This document shows positions 36,291 to 45,843 of a DNA stretch of 64,000 bases, one piece after another. The notes under the pieces are model-generated. The model was given only the letters and a program-made list of their open reading frames with translations, did not search any database and was not told the origin of the DNA. Both the position numbers and the translations under genes were made by a program. Source of the DNA: Myxococcales bacterium (GTDB taxonomy: Bacteria; Desulfobacterota; Binatia; HRBIN30); the NCBI GenBank assembly GCA_037445065.1, contig JBBILD010000007.1:128001-192000 (forward strand), in the 5' to 3' direction. Numbering within the stretch: position 1 is the stretch's first letter; each line of letters opens with the position of its first letter.

Positions 36291-36305
36291 GCAAGGCACG
36301 CGCCA
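36291..36305 (-). promoter_or_regulatory. Sigma54 (-24/-12) promoter
   Basis: Minus strand TGGCGCGTGCCTTGC matches TGGCACG-N4-TTGC with exact GG-N10-GC spacing, 38 nt upstream of the ATG at 36253. Confidence 0.7.
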
Positions 36306-36755
36306 GGGGGCGCCTCTTGTGCCGGAGGTGGAGACGGTGCGCACGGCCTCGCACGGTGTTCTCGTCGCGAGAGCAGCGCTGCTCTCGTTGGGAGACGCGG
36401 GCGGCGCCGAGCGGGGAGAGAAGGGAGAGACACGGGCGACCGCGCAGGCGTTCGGAAATCAATGCGACAGATTGAACGTTGTGGAGTTCCCGCGCGGTGT
36501 GGTTTGCCCTGCGCGCAGCACGGGAATCAAGAGACCTCTGGTGGCCTCGGCCCAAGAGCCGAGCGGCGCTGTCCTTCGCGCTCGCGAGCAAGACAGCATT
36601 GCGAGCGTTGCGGAAGCAAGCAGAGCGTCGCGCTGACGTCGCCCTGAAGCCGGGCGGAAGGGATGCGAGCGTCGCATGGGCAAAACAGAAGCGCAGTGGC
36701 GTCGAAATTGCCTTCGGACGCAACTTTAGTTGGCTTGGCGACGCGGGGTCCCTGC

Positions 36756-38384
36756 ATGGTCGAGGCTCAGTTCAGTTGGGAACACCAGCAAGCCCGATTC
36801 CTCGCACTCGCCGATATGCGCAATGCCTTGCGGCTCGCTGCCTGGGAACAACTGGCTACCTTCTCTGGCGCCCCCTCGTTCGGAGCGTGCGAGAGCGAGA
36901 CATTGGCGAACTACCTGCGGCGGGTAGGGGTTCTCGCCGCGGCGTCGCTGGTGGAGCCAGAAGTGGCGGCGCGCACGGGAGAAGAGGTCTTATGGCTCCT
37001 CGAGTGCGTGGCCGAAGGTGGGCCGACTCCTTGGTGGCACCAGCAGCTCACCGCTTGGCAAGCGAGCCTCGGGCCAAGCCTGCGCGACTGGCTCTATAGC
37101 GGGGAAGACGCTTTTGCGGCACGTCTCGCTCAGGCCAGGCAGGGCGTGGAACCCTCAATTCCGGCTGCCCAGGAAGGCGAGCAAAGTGCCTCGGACCTCG
37201 AGCGAGAGTTGTTGGAAGCGTTGGCAAAGGAGGTGGAGGAGCGCCTGCAAAGTTGCGAGGAGCTGCTGTTGGCGTTCGAAAAAGACCCGGCAAACACCGA
37301 CACCGTGCACGCTTTGTTTCGGCATTATCACTCGCTCAAGGGTGCTGCGGCGGCCGTGGGCTTGGAGCGGGCCGCGGAGCAACTCCATCAAGGGGAGTCG
37401 CTCCTGCAGGCGGTGCGCGACGGCGAAATCGAAATCGAGGCCGGGGCGCTCGTGGACTTCTTTTTGGTCCTTGGCGACTCGGTGCGTGCGCTCGTGCAGG
37501 CTGCTTGCGGGCAGATGCCCGCCAGCGAGCCAATCGAGGACGTGGAGCAAGCGCTAGCCCAATTGCTGCAGGGCGCGTCACCCAAGCGGGACCGAGGTGT
37601 CGCAGCGGCGAGCGGGTCCGAAGCGGCGGCCCTGTCCCCCGCTTCCGAACCGGGGGAGATCCGCAACGTGGTGCAGTTGCTGCAAAGCAAGGGCACAGTT
37701 GGCAACCTGGACCCCGAAGTCGTGGCCTTGATTGCGGCGCTCGAGCGGAAGGCGCAACTGGCCTCGGCGCGCGCTGCAGAACTCGAGCGCGAGGTTTTGG
37801 AACTCAGCACGGTGCCGCTCGACGAGGTTTTCCGGCGCCTGCCCCGCGTTGCTCGCGACGCGTGCCGCCAGGAAGGTAAGGAGGCCAAGCTCGAGCTAGC
37901 TGGTGAGTCGGTGCGCATCGAGCGCGCGCAGGTGGATCGCCTGGGTGCGGTCCTCACCCACCTCGTGCGCAATGCCATCGCGCACGGCATCGAACTGCCT
38001 GCTGTTCGGGTGCGACAGGGCAAACCCACACAAGGGCGAGTGCGGGTGACCGCCGGATCGCAGGCCGGCTCGTTGGTAGTGGCGGTGGAGGATGACGGGG
38101 CTGGCTTCGACTTTGCCGCCATCCGCAGCCGTGCTGCCTCGTTGGGCTTGCTTTCTCCTGAGGCCGACCCCAGCCAGGAAGAACTGCTCGAATTCGTCTT
38201 CCGTCCGGGATTTTCTACTCGCGCGGAAGCCAATGAAGTGGCTGGTCGCGGCGTGGGAATGGATGCGGTGTTGGCGGAAGTCCGGGCTTTGGGGGGTGCG
38301 GTTCGGGTGCAATCGCAAGCTGGGAAGGGGACGCGTGTGGAAGTCTCCCTTCCCCAGGGAAAGGGCGTGCGAGGACGCGCATGA
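36756..38384 (+). CDS. CheA-like histidine kinase (Hpt + HATPase) lacking the CheW-like domain
   Basis: Hpt LFRHYHSLKGAA. N-box LTHLVRNAIAHGIE. EDDGAG, FRPGFST, GRGVGMD. Ends about 10 aa after GTRVEVSLP. Confidence 0.85.
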   Translation: MVEAQFSWEHQQARFLALADMRNALRLAAWEQLATFSGAPSFGACESETLANYLRRVGVLAAASLVEPEVAARTGEEVLWLLECVAEGGPTPWWHQQLTAWQASLGPSLRDWLYSGEDAFAARLAQARQGVEPSIPAAQEGEQSASDLERELLEALAKEVEERLQSCEELLLAFEKDPANTDTVHALFRHYHSLKGAAAAVGLERAAEQLHQGESLLQAVRDGEIEIEAGALVDFFLVLGDSVRALVQAACGQMPASEPIEDVEQALAQLLQGASPKRDRGVAAASGSEAAALSPASEPGEIRNVVQLLQSKGTVGNLDPEVVALIAALERKAQLASARAAELEREVLELSTVPLDEVFRRLPRVARDACRQEGKEAKLELAGESVRIERAQVDRLGAVLTHLVRNAIAHGIELPAVRVRQGKPTQGRVRVTAGSQAGSLVVAVEDDGAGFDFAAIRSRAASLGLLSPEADPSQEELLEFVFRPGFSTRAEANEVAGRGVGMDAVLAEVRALGGAVRVQSQAGKGTRVEVSLPQGKGVRGRA

Positions 38385-41300
38385 AGTGGCGCGAAGTGTT
38401 GCAAATGCCGGTCTCCGAGGCCACGCGCCGCGGTGCGGAGCAGATGGCGCGGCTACTGCGTACGGATGTACGCGATTTGTTTGCTCCGCGCTCTCAGCCG
38501 GCTGAGGCCGTCTCGCCGTCACCCACGGGGGAGGGTGTGACTGTTGCTTCCAACCCCTTGGGTAGCGCCAGTGCTGCGGTAGCCATGCAGCCCCGCCCTG
38601 AGGTCCATCCACGGCCACTCCAGCCCAATGAGCGGCGGTTCGAGTACGAACCCGGAGAGATCCTGGCAGACACATTCTCGGTGTCCGGAGCGGTAGGCGT
38701 TCGCGGTGCTGCGAAGCTGTTCCGAGCCCAGCATCTGCTGTGGGGATGCGAGGTGCTACTGGTGGTGCCGCAGGCGGAATGGCTGGAGGCAGTTCCGGGA
38801 GAAGCCTGGTGGGCGAGCTTGGCGAGCCGGTGGTCGGCATGCGGCCTCCACCCACATTTGCAGTACTGTTTCGAAGAACGGGTTCTGGATCAGGTTCCCT
38901 GCCTTATCCTCGAGCCGGTGGAAGGGAAGACGCTGCGTGCCTGGGTTGCGGCTGGTCGGACGCAGCCGTTGCGGGTTGCGTTGGAACTCGCGATCCAGTT
39001 GTGCCAAGGGCTCTCCCAGGCGCACGAGCGCGGCTTGTTCCACGGTGGCCTCACCCCGGAAAGTGTTTGGGTAGACGACAACGGGATCCTGCGGCTCGCA
39101 TACTTTGGTCTCCATTTCCCGCGCGAAGCGGTGGTGGAGGAGGCTTACGTGGCACCGGAACGTTGGGTGGACGAAGGCAGCCCTGAGCTTGCTGCCGACC
39201 TGTTTGCCCTCGGGGTTTGCCTGTACGAGCTGCTGTGCGGAGTACGCCCGTACGAGGTCACGCGCGGGCCGCGGCGCGAGCCTGTCGATCCTGCGCGGCG
39301 CCGAGGCGAACCCCTCCCCGAGGCGCTGTGCGCGCTGCTCCGCGCCTGTGTGGATTGGGAACCGATGCGGCGCCCGAGTGCGGTACGCGAGGTGAGCGAG
39401 GCGCTGCACGCCGCTTACCGCGAGCGGTTCGGAACGCCGAGCTCCTACGCCAGGGTGGATGTACGGCGTGCCGATGCGGGTGGCTGGAACAATCAGGGAA
39501 TGGTGGCTCTTGCCCGCGGCAGCGCCGATGACGCGGAGGCCGCCTGGCAGACCGCTTTGGCACACGATCCGCAGCATTTGGAAGCTGGTTTTAACCTTGC
39601 CCTCTCGCGCTGGCGTCGGGGTCTAGGTTCGGACCAGGAAGTCTTGCGCGCACTCGAGCGGGCGCGTCCCAACCCCGGCTGCCCTTGGCGCGCTGACTAT
39701 CTCGCCGCCCTTGCCCGCATCGAGGCTGGCGATGGCTTCGGCGCGAAGCCCTTTCTCGAGCGCATTGCAGCAGAGCTGAGCGGCGAAGCGCAATTCGAGG
39801 ACTTGCTGCGCCTTGCGCGCCGCTCCCGTTCGCACCGTTACCAAGGTCGCGAACTCAAGGGGCACTCGCAGTTTGTCTCGGCAGTCGGGGTAGGCGCCGA
39901 CGGGCGATGGATCGTGTCGGGAAGCGACGACCACACGGTGGTGGTGTGGGATGCTCTCTCCGGCAATCCGGTGCGCATACTGGAGGGACACGAAAAACGC
40001 GTTTCCTGCCTGGCGCTGACGCCCGATGCGAGCAAGGTGCTTACGGGGAGCGAGGATTTTACCTTGCGCCTGTGGGATGTGCAGCGCGGTCGCTGCGAGT
40101 GCACGCTGCGGCTTGCCGGACAGGTTTTTGCTGTGGCAATTTCGGCCGATGGACGGCGGGCCGTGAGCAGTGCAGCCGGCTCGGACAACTTCCTAGGCAT
40201 TGACGGCACCACGGTCGCGCTGTGGGACCTGGAACGGGGGCGAGTGTTGTGCACCTTCGAGGAGCATAGCAGTGCCGTCAAAGCGGTCGCCCTCACCCCT
40301 GACGGGCGCTACCTGGCGACCGGTAGCGACGATCAAACCGTGCGCGTGTGGGACACAACAACGGGGCGGTGCATTCGTGTCTTGCGTGGCCACACCCACA
40401 ATGTGTCCTGCGTCGCCGTGTCCGCGGATGGGAAGCGCGTGGTCTCCGGTAGTTGGGACCGCACGGTGCGTCTTTGGGACGCACGTGCTGGCCGCTGCTT
40501 AGCCGAACTCGGCGGCCACGAGGGAATCGTGACCACTGTTTGTGTGGATGCAGAAGCGAAAACGGCGGTCACCGGGAGTTGGGACGGCTCGGTGCGCGTG
40601 TGGGATTTGGAATCCAAGCGCTGCATTCGCGCCTATGCCGCACACCAGGGCTTGGTGACGGGTGTGGCTCTATCCGCTTCGGCCCAACTCGCCGTGTCGG
40701 GAGGTTGGGACAATGTCGTGCGCCTGTGGGACGTCCCCCAGCCAGGACCGTTGGTCTGCCAGCCACAGCTCTCTCTGCGCGAGTATCTCCCAGCGCTGGA
40801 TGTGGAGACCGCGATCGTGGAAGAAGACCTCGCCAACTTGGAGGCGGCGATCGAACGGGAAGATCTGACCCATGCCCTGTTCTTGTTTTCCCGCCTCGAG
40901 CCCCGCTTGTCGCAAGAGGCCCTGCGCCCGCTTCGCCAGCGCTTGCAACCGAGAATGGCGACCCGCCGCTTGCTCGCCACTACTGTGGAAAGCCGCGGCC
41001 AGCTTCCGGGATCGCCACAGGTGTGCAACTGGGCCGCGGGCCTGTTGCTGTGCGCTGGGAGCGAAAACGAACTGTACTGCTGGCGAAACGGAGAGACGCG
41101 CGTGCTTGCATCGGTAGATGGCGAGGTGGGCCCCGTACGCGCACTTGCCGTGTCTCCGGATGCACGCTCGGCCGCTTGCGCTGGCCTCGGCCGGGTGGTG
41201 ACGGTGGTGGACACAAGTAGCGGCGCCCGAACGTGCGTCTTGCGCGGCCACAGCAGTGTCGTGTCTGCGTTGCTCTGGCTCGATGAGGTCACCCTTGCCA

Positions 41301-41878
41301 GCGCCAGTTACGACGGCACGGTGCGGGTGTGGGAGCCCGCCGCCGGCCGCGTGAACATGGTGCTGGAAGGGAGCAGCGCGCCGCTTCGCTGTTTGGCTGC
41401 GGGAGGCGGGCAGATCGCGGCTGGGGATTGGAGCGGGGCGATTCATGTGTGGGAAGGCGATCGTGGACGTCACCGGGTCTGTCTGCGCCCGACCGAGGCG
41501 CCGGTGCGTGCTCTCGAATTCCTGGACCCCGCAACCTTGCTCGTGGGCGCCGAAGACGGGTCTGTGGTTGCCTGCGACCTCACCACTGGCGAGTGCACGG
41601 TTTGGCAAGTTGGCGGGCAGGCAGCTCCTGCCACGAGCCTGCGTGCGTTGTGGGACGGCCGGCGTGTGTTCACCGCCCATACCGACGGGCGGGTGTGCGT
41701 CTGGGATGTTGCTGATGCCACTGCGGAGTTGCTGCCAAGCGAACGGGGAACTCCCCTTCTCGCAGGGTTCCTCGAGGCAGACGGCAGCGAGCTGCTCGTC
41801 GTTGCCGGTGATGGCTCGTTGGTTGCGTACCGCCTGCGGTGGGACTGGGAAGCGGCTGAGCCGGCACGTAGGTCTTGA
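38381..41878 (+). CDS. Ser/Thr kinase-like (probable pseudokinase) + TPR + WD40 repeat protein
   Basis: Kinase fold (YVAPE, DLFALGVCLYELLCG, RRPS) with HGGLTPE and YFG in place of HRDLKP and DFG. TPR WNNQGMVAL...FNLAL. Seven GH...WD repeats plus a degenerate second set. ATGA overlap with the CheA-like gene. Confidence 0.88.
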   Translation: MKWREVLQMPVSEATRRGAEQMARLLRTDVRDLFAPRSQPAEAVSPSPTGEGVTVASNPLGSASAAVAMQPRPEVHPRPLQPNERRFEYEPGEILADTFSVSGAVGVRGAAKLFRAQHLLWGCEVLLVVPQAEWLEAVPGEAWWASLASRWSACGLHPHLQYCFEERVLDQVPCLILEPVEGKTLRAWVAAGRTQPLRVALELAIQLCQGLSQAHERGLFHGGLTPESVWVDDNGILRLAYFGLHFPREAVVEEAYVAPERWVDEGSPELAADLFALGVCLYELLCGVRPYEVTRGPRREPVDPARRRGEPLPEALCALLRACVDWEPMRRPSAVREVSEALHAAYRERFGTPSSYARVDVRRADAGGWNNQGMVALARGSADDAEAAWQTALAHDPQHLEAGFNLALSRWRRGLGSDQEVLRALERARPNPGCPWRADYLAALARIEAGDGFGAKPFLERIAAELSGEAQFEDLLRLARRSRSHRYQGRELKGHSQFVSAVGVGADGRWIVSGSDDHTVVVWDALSGNPVRILEGHEKRVSCLALTPDASKVLTGSEDFTLRLWDVQRGRCECTLRLAGQVFAVAISADGRRAVSSAAGSDNFLGIDGTTVALWDLERGRVLCTFEEHSSAVKAVALTPDGRYLATGSDDQTVRVWDTTTGRCIRVLRGHTHNVSCVAVSADGKRVVSGSWDRTVRLWDARAGRCLAELGGHEGIVTTVCVDAEAKTAVTGSWDGSVRVWDLESKRCIRAYAAHQGLVTGVALSASAQLAVSGGWDNVVRLWDVPQPGPLVCQPQLSLREYLPALDVETAIVEEDLANLEAAIEREDLTHALFLFSRLEPRLSQEALRPLRQRLQPRMATRRLLATTVESRGQLPGSPQVCNWAAGLLLCAGSENELYCWRNGETRVLASVDGEVGPVRALAVSPDARSAACAGLGRVVTVVDTSSGARTCVLRGHSSVVSALLWLDEVTLASASYDGTVRVWEPAAGRVNMVLEGSSAPLRCLAAGGGQIAAGDWSGAIHVWEGDRGRHRVCLRPTEAPVRALEFLDPATLLVGAEDGSVVACDLTTGECTVWQVGGQAAPATSLRALWDGRRVFTAHTDGRVCVWDVADATAELLPSERGTPLLAGFLEADGSELLVVAGDGSLVAYRLRWDWEAAEPARRS

Positions 41879-41938
41879 GCAGGCTGAGAGAACTGCACGC
41901 CTGCTGTGCTCGGCCCGCACGGCCCGAAAGGAATCGCA

Positions 41939-43348
41939 TCAGCCGGCCAGTTCCGGCTTCGTTTTTTGCCGGCCGCCCGTCGCGCACGGGGTGAAGAGAA
42001 TGTCCCACAACTCTGCCAGGTTTTGCACGCCGGTGCACTCCACTCCGTCGGGCAAAGTCAGTTGCGGGCGATTCGAGGCCGGTACCACGAAGCGGCGAAA
42101 GCCGAGCTGCATGCCTTCTTGGATGCGTTGGCTCACTTGATGGACGCCACGCACCTCACCCGCCAGCCCGACCTCCCCCACCAGTAACAACGACGCATCA
42201 ATCGGCTGGTCGAGAAAACTCGACCCTACAGCAGCGATGACCGCTAGGTCGGCAGCGGGTTCGTCCACGCGTACACCGCCGGCCACGTTGACGAATACGT
42301 CTTGCCCCAGCAAATGCAGCCCCATCTTCTTTTCGAGCACAGCGAGCAGCAAACTCACCCGGTTCGGGTCCATCCCCACGGTGGCACGCCGCGGGTTGGA
42401 AAAAGACGTGGGAGACACCAGGGCCTGAATTTCGACCAGAAGCGGCCGCGTGCCCTCCATGCATGCGACCACTGCCGAGCCTGCAGCCGCTGCCGGTCGC
42501 TCCGCCAGGAAGAGAGCGGAGGGGTTTCCTACCGGGTGAAGGCCCGAGTCCTTCATTTCAAACACGCCGATCTCATTGGTCGAGCCAAAGCGATTCTTCA
42601 CCGCGCGTAAGATGCGGAAGGGGTGGCCGCGGTCGCCCTCGAAGTACAGCACGGTATCCACCATGTGCTCGAGCACGCGCGGCCCAGCGATCGCGCCTTC
42701 TTTGGTGACGTGGCCGACGAGCAGGACGGGCACGTGCTTGCGCTTGCCCAGCTCGACAAAGCGCGCCGCACTTTCCCGCACTTGGCCGACACTCCCGGGT
42801 GCAGAGGGAATTTGATCGCTCCATATGGTCTGGATCGAATCAATTGCGACCACTCCGGGCTCTACCTGCTCGATCTGCGAGAGCACCGCCTCCGTGTTGG
42901 TTTCGGCGAGCACGAGAATGGCTGCCTCGGCCAGGCCGAGGCGAGCGGCGCGCATTTTTACCTGTTGGGGAGATTCCTCTCCGGAAACGTACAATCCCGG
43001 CCGCTCCCCACTCCATGCGGCCAGCGCTTGCAGAACCAGCGTGGACTTCCCAATGCCGGGATCTCCGCCCAGCAAGATCACCGAGCCTGGCACCAAGCCA
43101 CCGCCCAGCACGCGGTCCAGTTCACTGATCCCGCTTTGCTTGCGTTCCTCTGCTGCTGGGGCCACCGTGCGCAACCACTGCGGCTGAGAAGCCGGTACCC
43201 CCCCGCGGCGGGCGTTTGCACTGGTGTTCGGCTGCAGCACTTCTTCTACGAGCGAATTCCAGCTTTGGCAGTCGGGACAGCGGCCGAGCCACCGCGGTGA
43301 CTGGAACCCACACGCCTGGCAGGCGTACACGGTGCGTGTCTTGCTCAT
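41939..43348 (-). CDS. radA: DNA repair protein RadA/Sms
   Basis: Zn finger CQAC...CPDC, Walker A GDPGIGKST, KNRFG motif, Lon-like C-terminus. Confidence 0.97.
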   Translation of the reverse strand: MSKTRTVYACQACGFQSPRWLGRCPDCQSWNSLVEEVLQPNTSANARRGGVPASQPQWLRTVAPAAEERKQSGISELDRVLGGGLVPGSVILLGGDPGIGKSTLVLQALAAWSGERPGLYVSGEESPQQVKMRAARLGLAEAAILVLAETNTEAVLSQIEQVEPGVVAIDSIQTIWSDQIPSAPGSVGQVRESAARFVELGKRKHVPVLLVGHVTKEGAIAGPRVLEHMVDTVLYFEGDRGHPFRILRAVKNRFGSTNEIGVFEMKDSGLHPVGNPSALFLAERPAAAAGSAVVACMEGTRPLLVEIQALVSPTSFSNPRRATVGMDPNRVSLLLAVLEKKMGLHLLGQDVFVNVAGGVRVDEPAADLAVIAAVGSSFLDQPIDASLLLVGEVGLAGEVRGVHQVSQRIQEGMQLGFRRFVVPASNRPQLTLPDGVECTGVQNLAELWDILFTPCATGGRQKTKPELAG

Positions 43349-43420
43349 CTCGGAACGTCGAGCCTGCGGTAGCACAACAAGGCTGCGCCCGGCAGGTGAG
43401 GAAGGGAGCCGAGAGGAGCG

Positions 43421-44989
43421 CTACGAAGCCGCGCCCGCGGCCGCGGTCGGCGCTTCCCGACTTAGGTCGATCCGCGGGAACAGCACTGCGGACGGCTGGG
43501 TGCGCGCTCCGGCCGAAAAGTGGGAACCCCAGCCGAGGCTCGCCGGCAGAGTCGCGGGCAGCTCCACGTTCAGCAAAGCCGCGATGCGCTCGCTCGTCTC
43601 GGGCAGGAACCAGCGCAGCAAGAGAGCGATGGTGTACAAGGCTTCGAGCAAGCGGTGCAGCACCGCGCCGGCGCGGGCCCGCTGTTCTGCTTGCCGGGCC
43701 AGTTGAAAGGGCGCGGTGATCACCACGTACTTGTTCGCCTGATCAATGGCGCTCCACAGCGCCTCGAGCGCGCGGTGAAACGCCAACTCTTGGCTCAGCC
43801 GTGGAACCTCGGAGAAGGCTCGCTCGAAGGCAGCGCGCAAAGCGCGATCGTCCTCGCTCTCGCGATCGAGCGGCTGCACTTCTCCATGGAAATACCGGTG
43901 CTGCATGGCCAGTACACGGCTCACCAGATTTCCCAAGTTGTTGGCGAGATCTGCATTGACGCGAGTGACGAATGCGTCCTCGTTGAAGTTCGCATCTTGG
44001 CCGAAGGCCATCTCGCGCAGCAGGAAATAACGCAGGGCGTCGATTCCGAACTTGCGCTTCATCTCGAGGGGGCGGATGACATTGCCGAGGCTCTTGGACA
44101 TCTTGGCCTCACCACGGATCCAGTACCCGTGCACCAGCAACCGCCGGTAGAGGGGGAGCTCGAGTGCCATCAACATGGCCGGCCAAAAAATCGCGTGGGG
44201 TTTGACAATGTCTTTGCCAATCACGTGGTGGGCCTCTGGCCAGAACTGGCGGAAGGTCTCTTCCCCGTGCATTTTGAGTGCGCTCACGTAACTGATGAGC
44301 GCGTCGAACCACACGTAGCACACGTAGTTGCGGTCGAAGGGCAGCTCGATGCCCCACTGCAGGCGACTTTTCGGGCGCGAGATGCAGAGGTCGCCAATGC
44401 CGCCGCTGGCCAGCATGGCCAGCACTTCGTTGCGGTAGCGTTCGGGCCAAACCAAATCCGGGTTGCGTTCGAGTTCGGCTTGCAAGCGGTCGAGGTAGCG
44501 CGTCATGCGGAAGAAGTAGTTGTCCTCTTCGACCGCTTCGGGTGGGCGCTGGTGGTCCGGGCAATTGCCATTGACGAGTTCTTTCTCGGTAAGAAAGCGC
44601 TCGCACCCGGTGCAGTAGAGGCCCGAGTAACGGCTGAAGTAAATGTCGCCGCGGTCGTAGACGCGCTGTAAGAACTCCTGCACTAGCGCTTCGTGCCGGG
44701 GGTCGGTGGTACGTACGAACTGGTCCACGCGAAACCCGCACTCCTGCCACGCCTGCTGGAAGAGAGGGCTCATACGGTCGGCAAAGGCTTTGGGGTCCTC
44801 CCCGCAGCTTGCCGCCATGGAGGCGATCTTGTCCCCGTGCTCGTCGGTGCCGGTGACGAGGAACGTTTCTTTCCCGAGGGCACGAGCCAGGCGCGCCAAG
44901 GTGTCCGCAACCACCATGGTGTAGGTGTGCCCCAGGTGCGGTTCGGCGTTGATGTAATAAATGGGGGTTGTGACGTAGAAGCGGCTCAT
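43421..44989 (-). CDS. metG: Methionine--tRNA ligase (short form, no C-terminal tRNA-binding domain)
   Basis: YVTTPIYY, HLGH, TGTDEHG, YVWFDAL, KMSKS. Confidence 0.97.
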   Translation of the reverse strand: MSRFYVTTPIYYINAEPHLGHTYTMVVADTLARLARALGKETFLVTGTDEHGDKIASMAASCGEDPKAFADRMSPLFQQAWQECGFRVDQFVRTTDPRHEALVQEFLQRVYDRGDIYFSRYSGLYCTGCERFLTEKELVNGNCPDHQRPPEAVEEDNYFFRMTRYLDRLQAELERNPDLVWPERYRNEVLAMLASGGIGDLCISRPKSRLQWGIELPFDRNYVCYVWFDALISYVSALKMHGEETFRQFWPEAHHVIGKDIVKPHAIFWPAMLMALELPLYRRLLVHGYWIRGEAKMSKSLGNVIRPLEMKRKFGIDALRYFLLREMAFGQDANFNEDAFVTRVNADLANNLGNLVSRVLAMQHRYFHGEVQPLDRESEDDRALRAAFERAFSEVPRLSQELAFHRALEALWSAIDQANKYVVITAPFQLARQAEQRARAGAVLHRLLEALYTIALLLRWFLPETSERIAALLNVELPATLPASLGWGSHFSAGARTQPSAVLFPRIDLSREAPTAAAGAAS

Positions 44990-45843
44990 TCCGGTGCCCC
45001 GTTCTCCCGGTTTCGTTTCTCGACCAGGTCTTCCAGACCGACCTCCACCTGCGCGCCTCCCTCATCGAGTTGGAGCAGTACCGTTTGCTTGAGAATATTC
45101 TGCCGCACCACCACGCCTTCGCCCCGCACCGAGGTGACCCGAGTGCCGGAGGCTGGCAGGCTGCGGCCCAGCTCTAGGTAGGTCTCGTACTCGTACTTGA
45201 GGCAGCACTTGAGACGGCCGCACATCCCGGCAAGCTTCGTTGGGTTGAGGGACAGCCCCTGGGCTTTGGCCATTTTCACAGACACGCCACCTGGGCTGCG
45301 CAGGAACGTCGAGCAACACAACTCGCGCCCGCACGGTCCCATCGCACCGAGCAGTTTTGCCTCTTCGCGATGCCCGATTTGCTTCATTTCGATGCGCGCG
45401 TGCAGCGCGTGCGCCAACTCGCGTACCAGCTGGCGGAAATCTACGCGACCCTCGGAAAAAAAGTAAAAGATGATTTTGCCTGCGTCGTGTGCCTGCTCGA
45501 CCCGCACGATTTTCATCGGGAGCTGAAGTTCGCGTACCCGATGCAGGCAAATGCGTAGGGCTTCGAGCTCCCGTTCGTGCAGCCTCTCGGCTCGTTCCAG
45601 GTCGGCTTCGTTTGCCCGGCGCAAGACTCGGGGCGGGGGGGACTCGGGCGCCTGAAGGCTCTTGGGAAGAGCCGTCACGGTACCGAGGCGCTGTCCCTCC
45701 TCGGTCGGGACGATCACTTGCTCGCCCCATTTGAGGTCGAGGTCGCCAGCGTCGTACGCAAAGACCGAGCCTACATCGTGGAACTTGATACCCACCAGGC
45801 GATTTAGCGGGGACGTAGCACCAGTGGACAGCGTTGCATCCAT
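44986..45843 (-). CDS. ricT: PSP1 domain protein (RicT/YaaT family)
   Basis: RVDFRQLVRELA, GPCGRELCC, KMAKAQ, GMCGRLKCCLKYE. Conserved tmk-holB-ricT-metG context. Confidence 0.88.
   Translation of the reverse strand: MDATLSTGATSPLNRLVGIKFHDVGSVFAYDAGDLDLKWGEQVIVPTEEGQRLGTVTALPKSLQAPESPPPRVLRRANEADLERAERLHERELEALRICLHRVRELQLPMKIVRVEQAHDAGKIIFYFFSEGRVDFRQLVRELAHALHARIEMKQIGHREEAKLLGAMGPCGRELCCSTFLRSPGGVSVKMAKAQGLSLNPTKLAGMCGRLKCCLKYEYETYLELGRSLPASGTRVTSVRGEGVVVRQNILKQTVLLQLDEGGAQVEVGLEDLVEKRNRENGAPE

Noticed and set aside
35895..36647. Alternative ORFs 35895..36344 (-) and 35793..36647 (+)
   Set aside because: The 35921..36253 frame has the RBS, signal peptide and sigma54 promoter. The others lack support.
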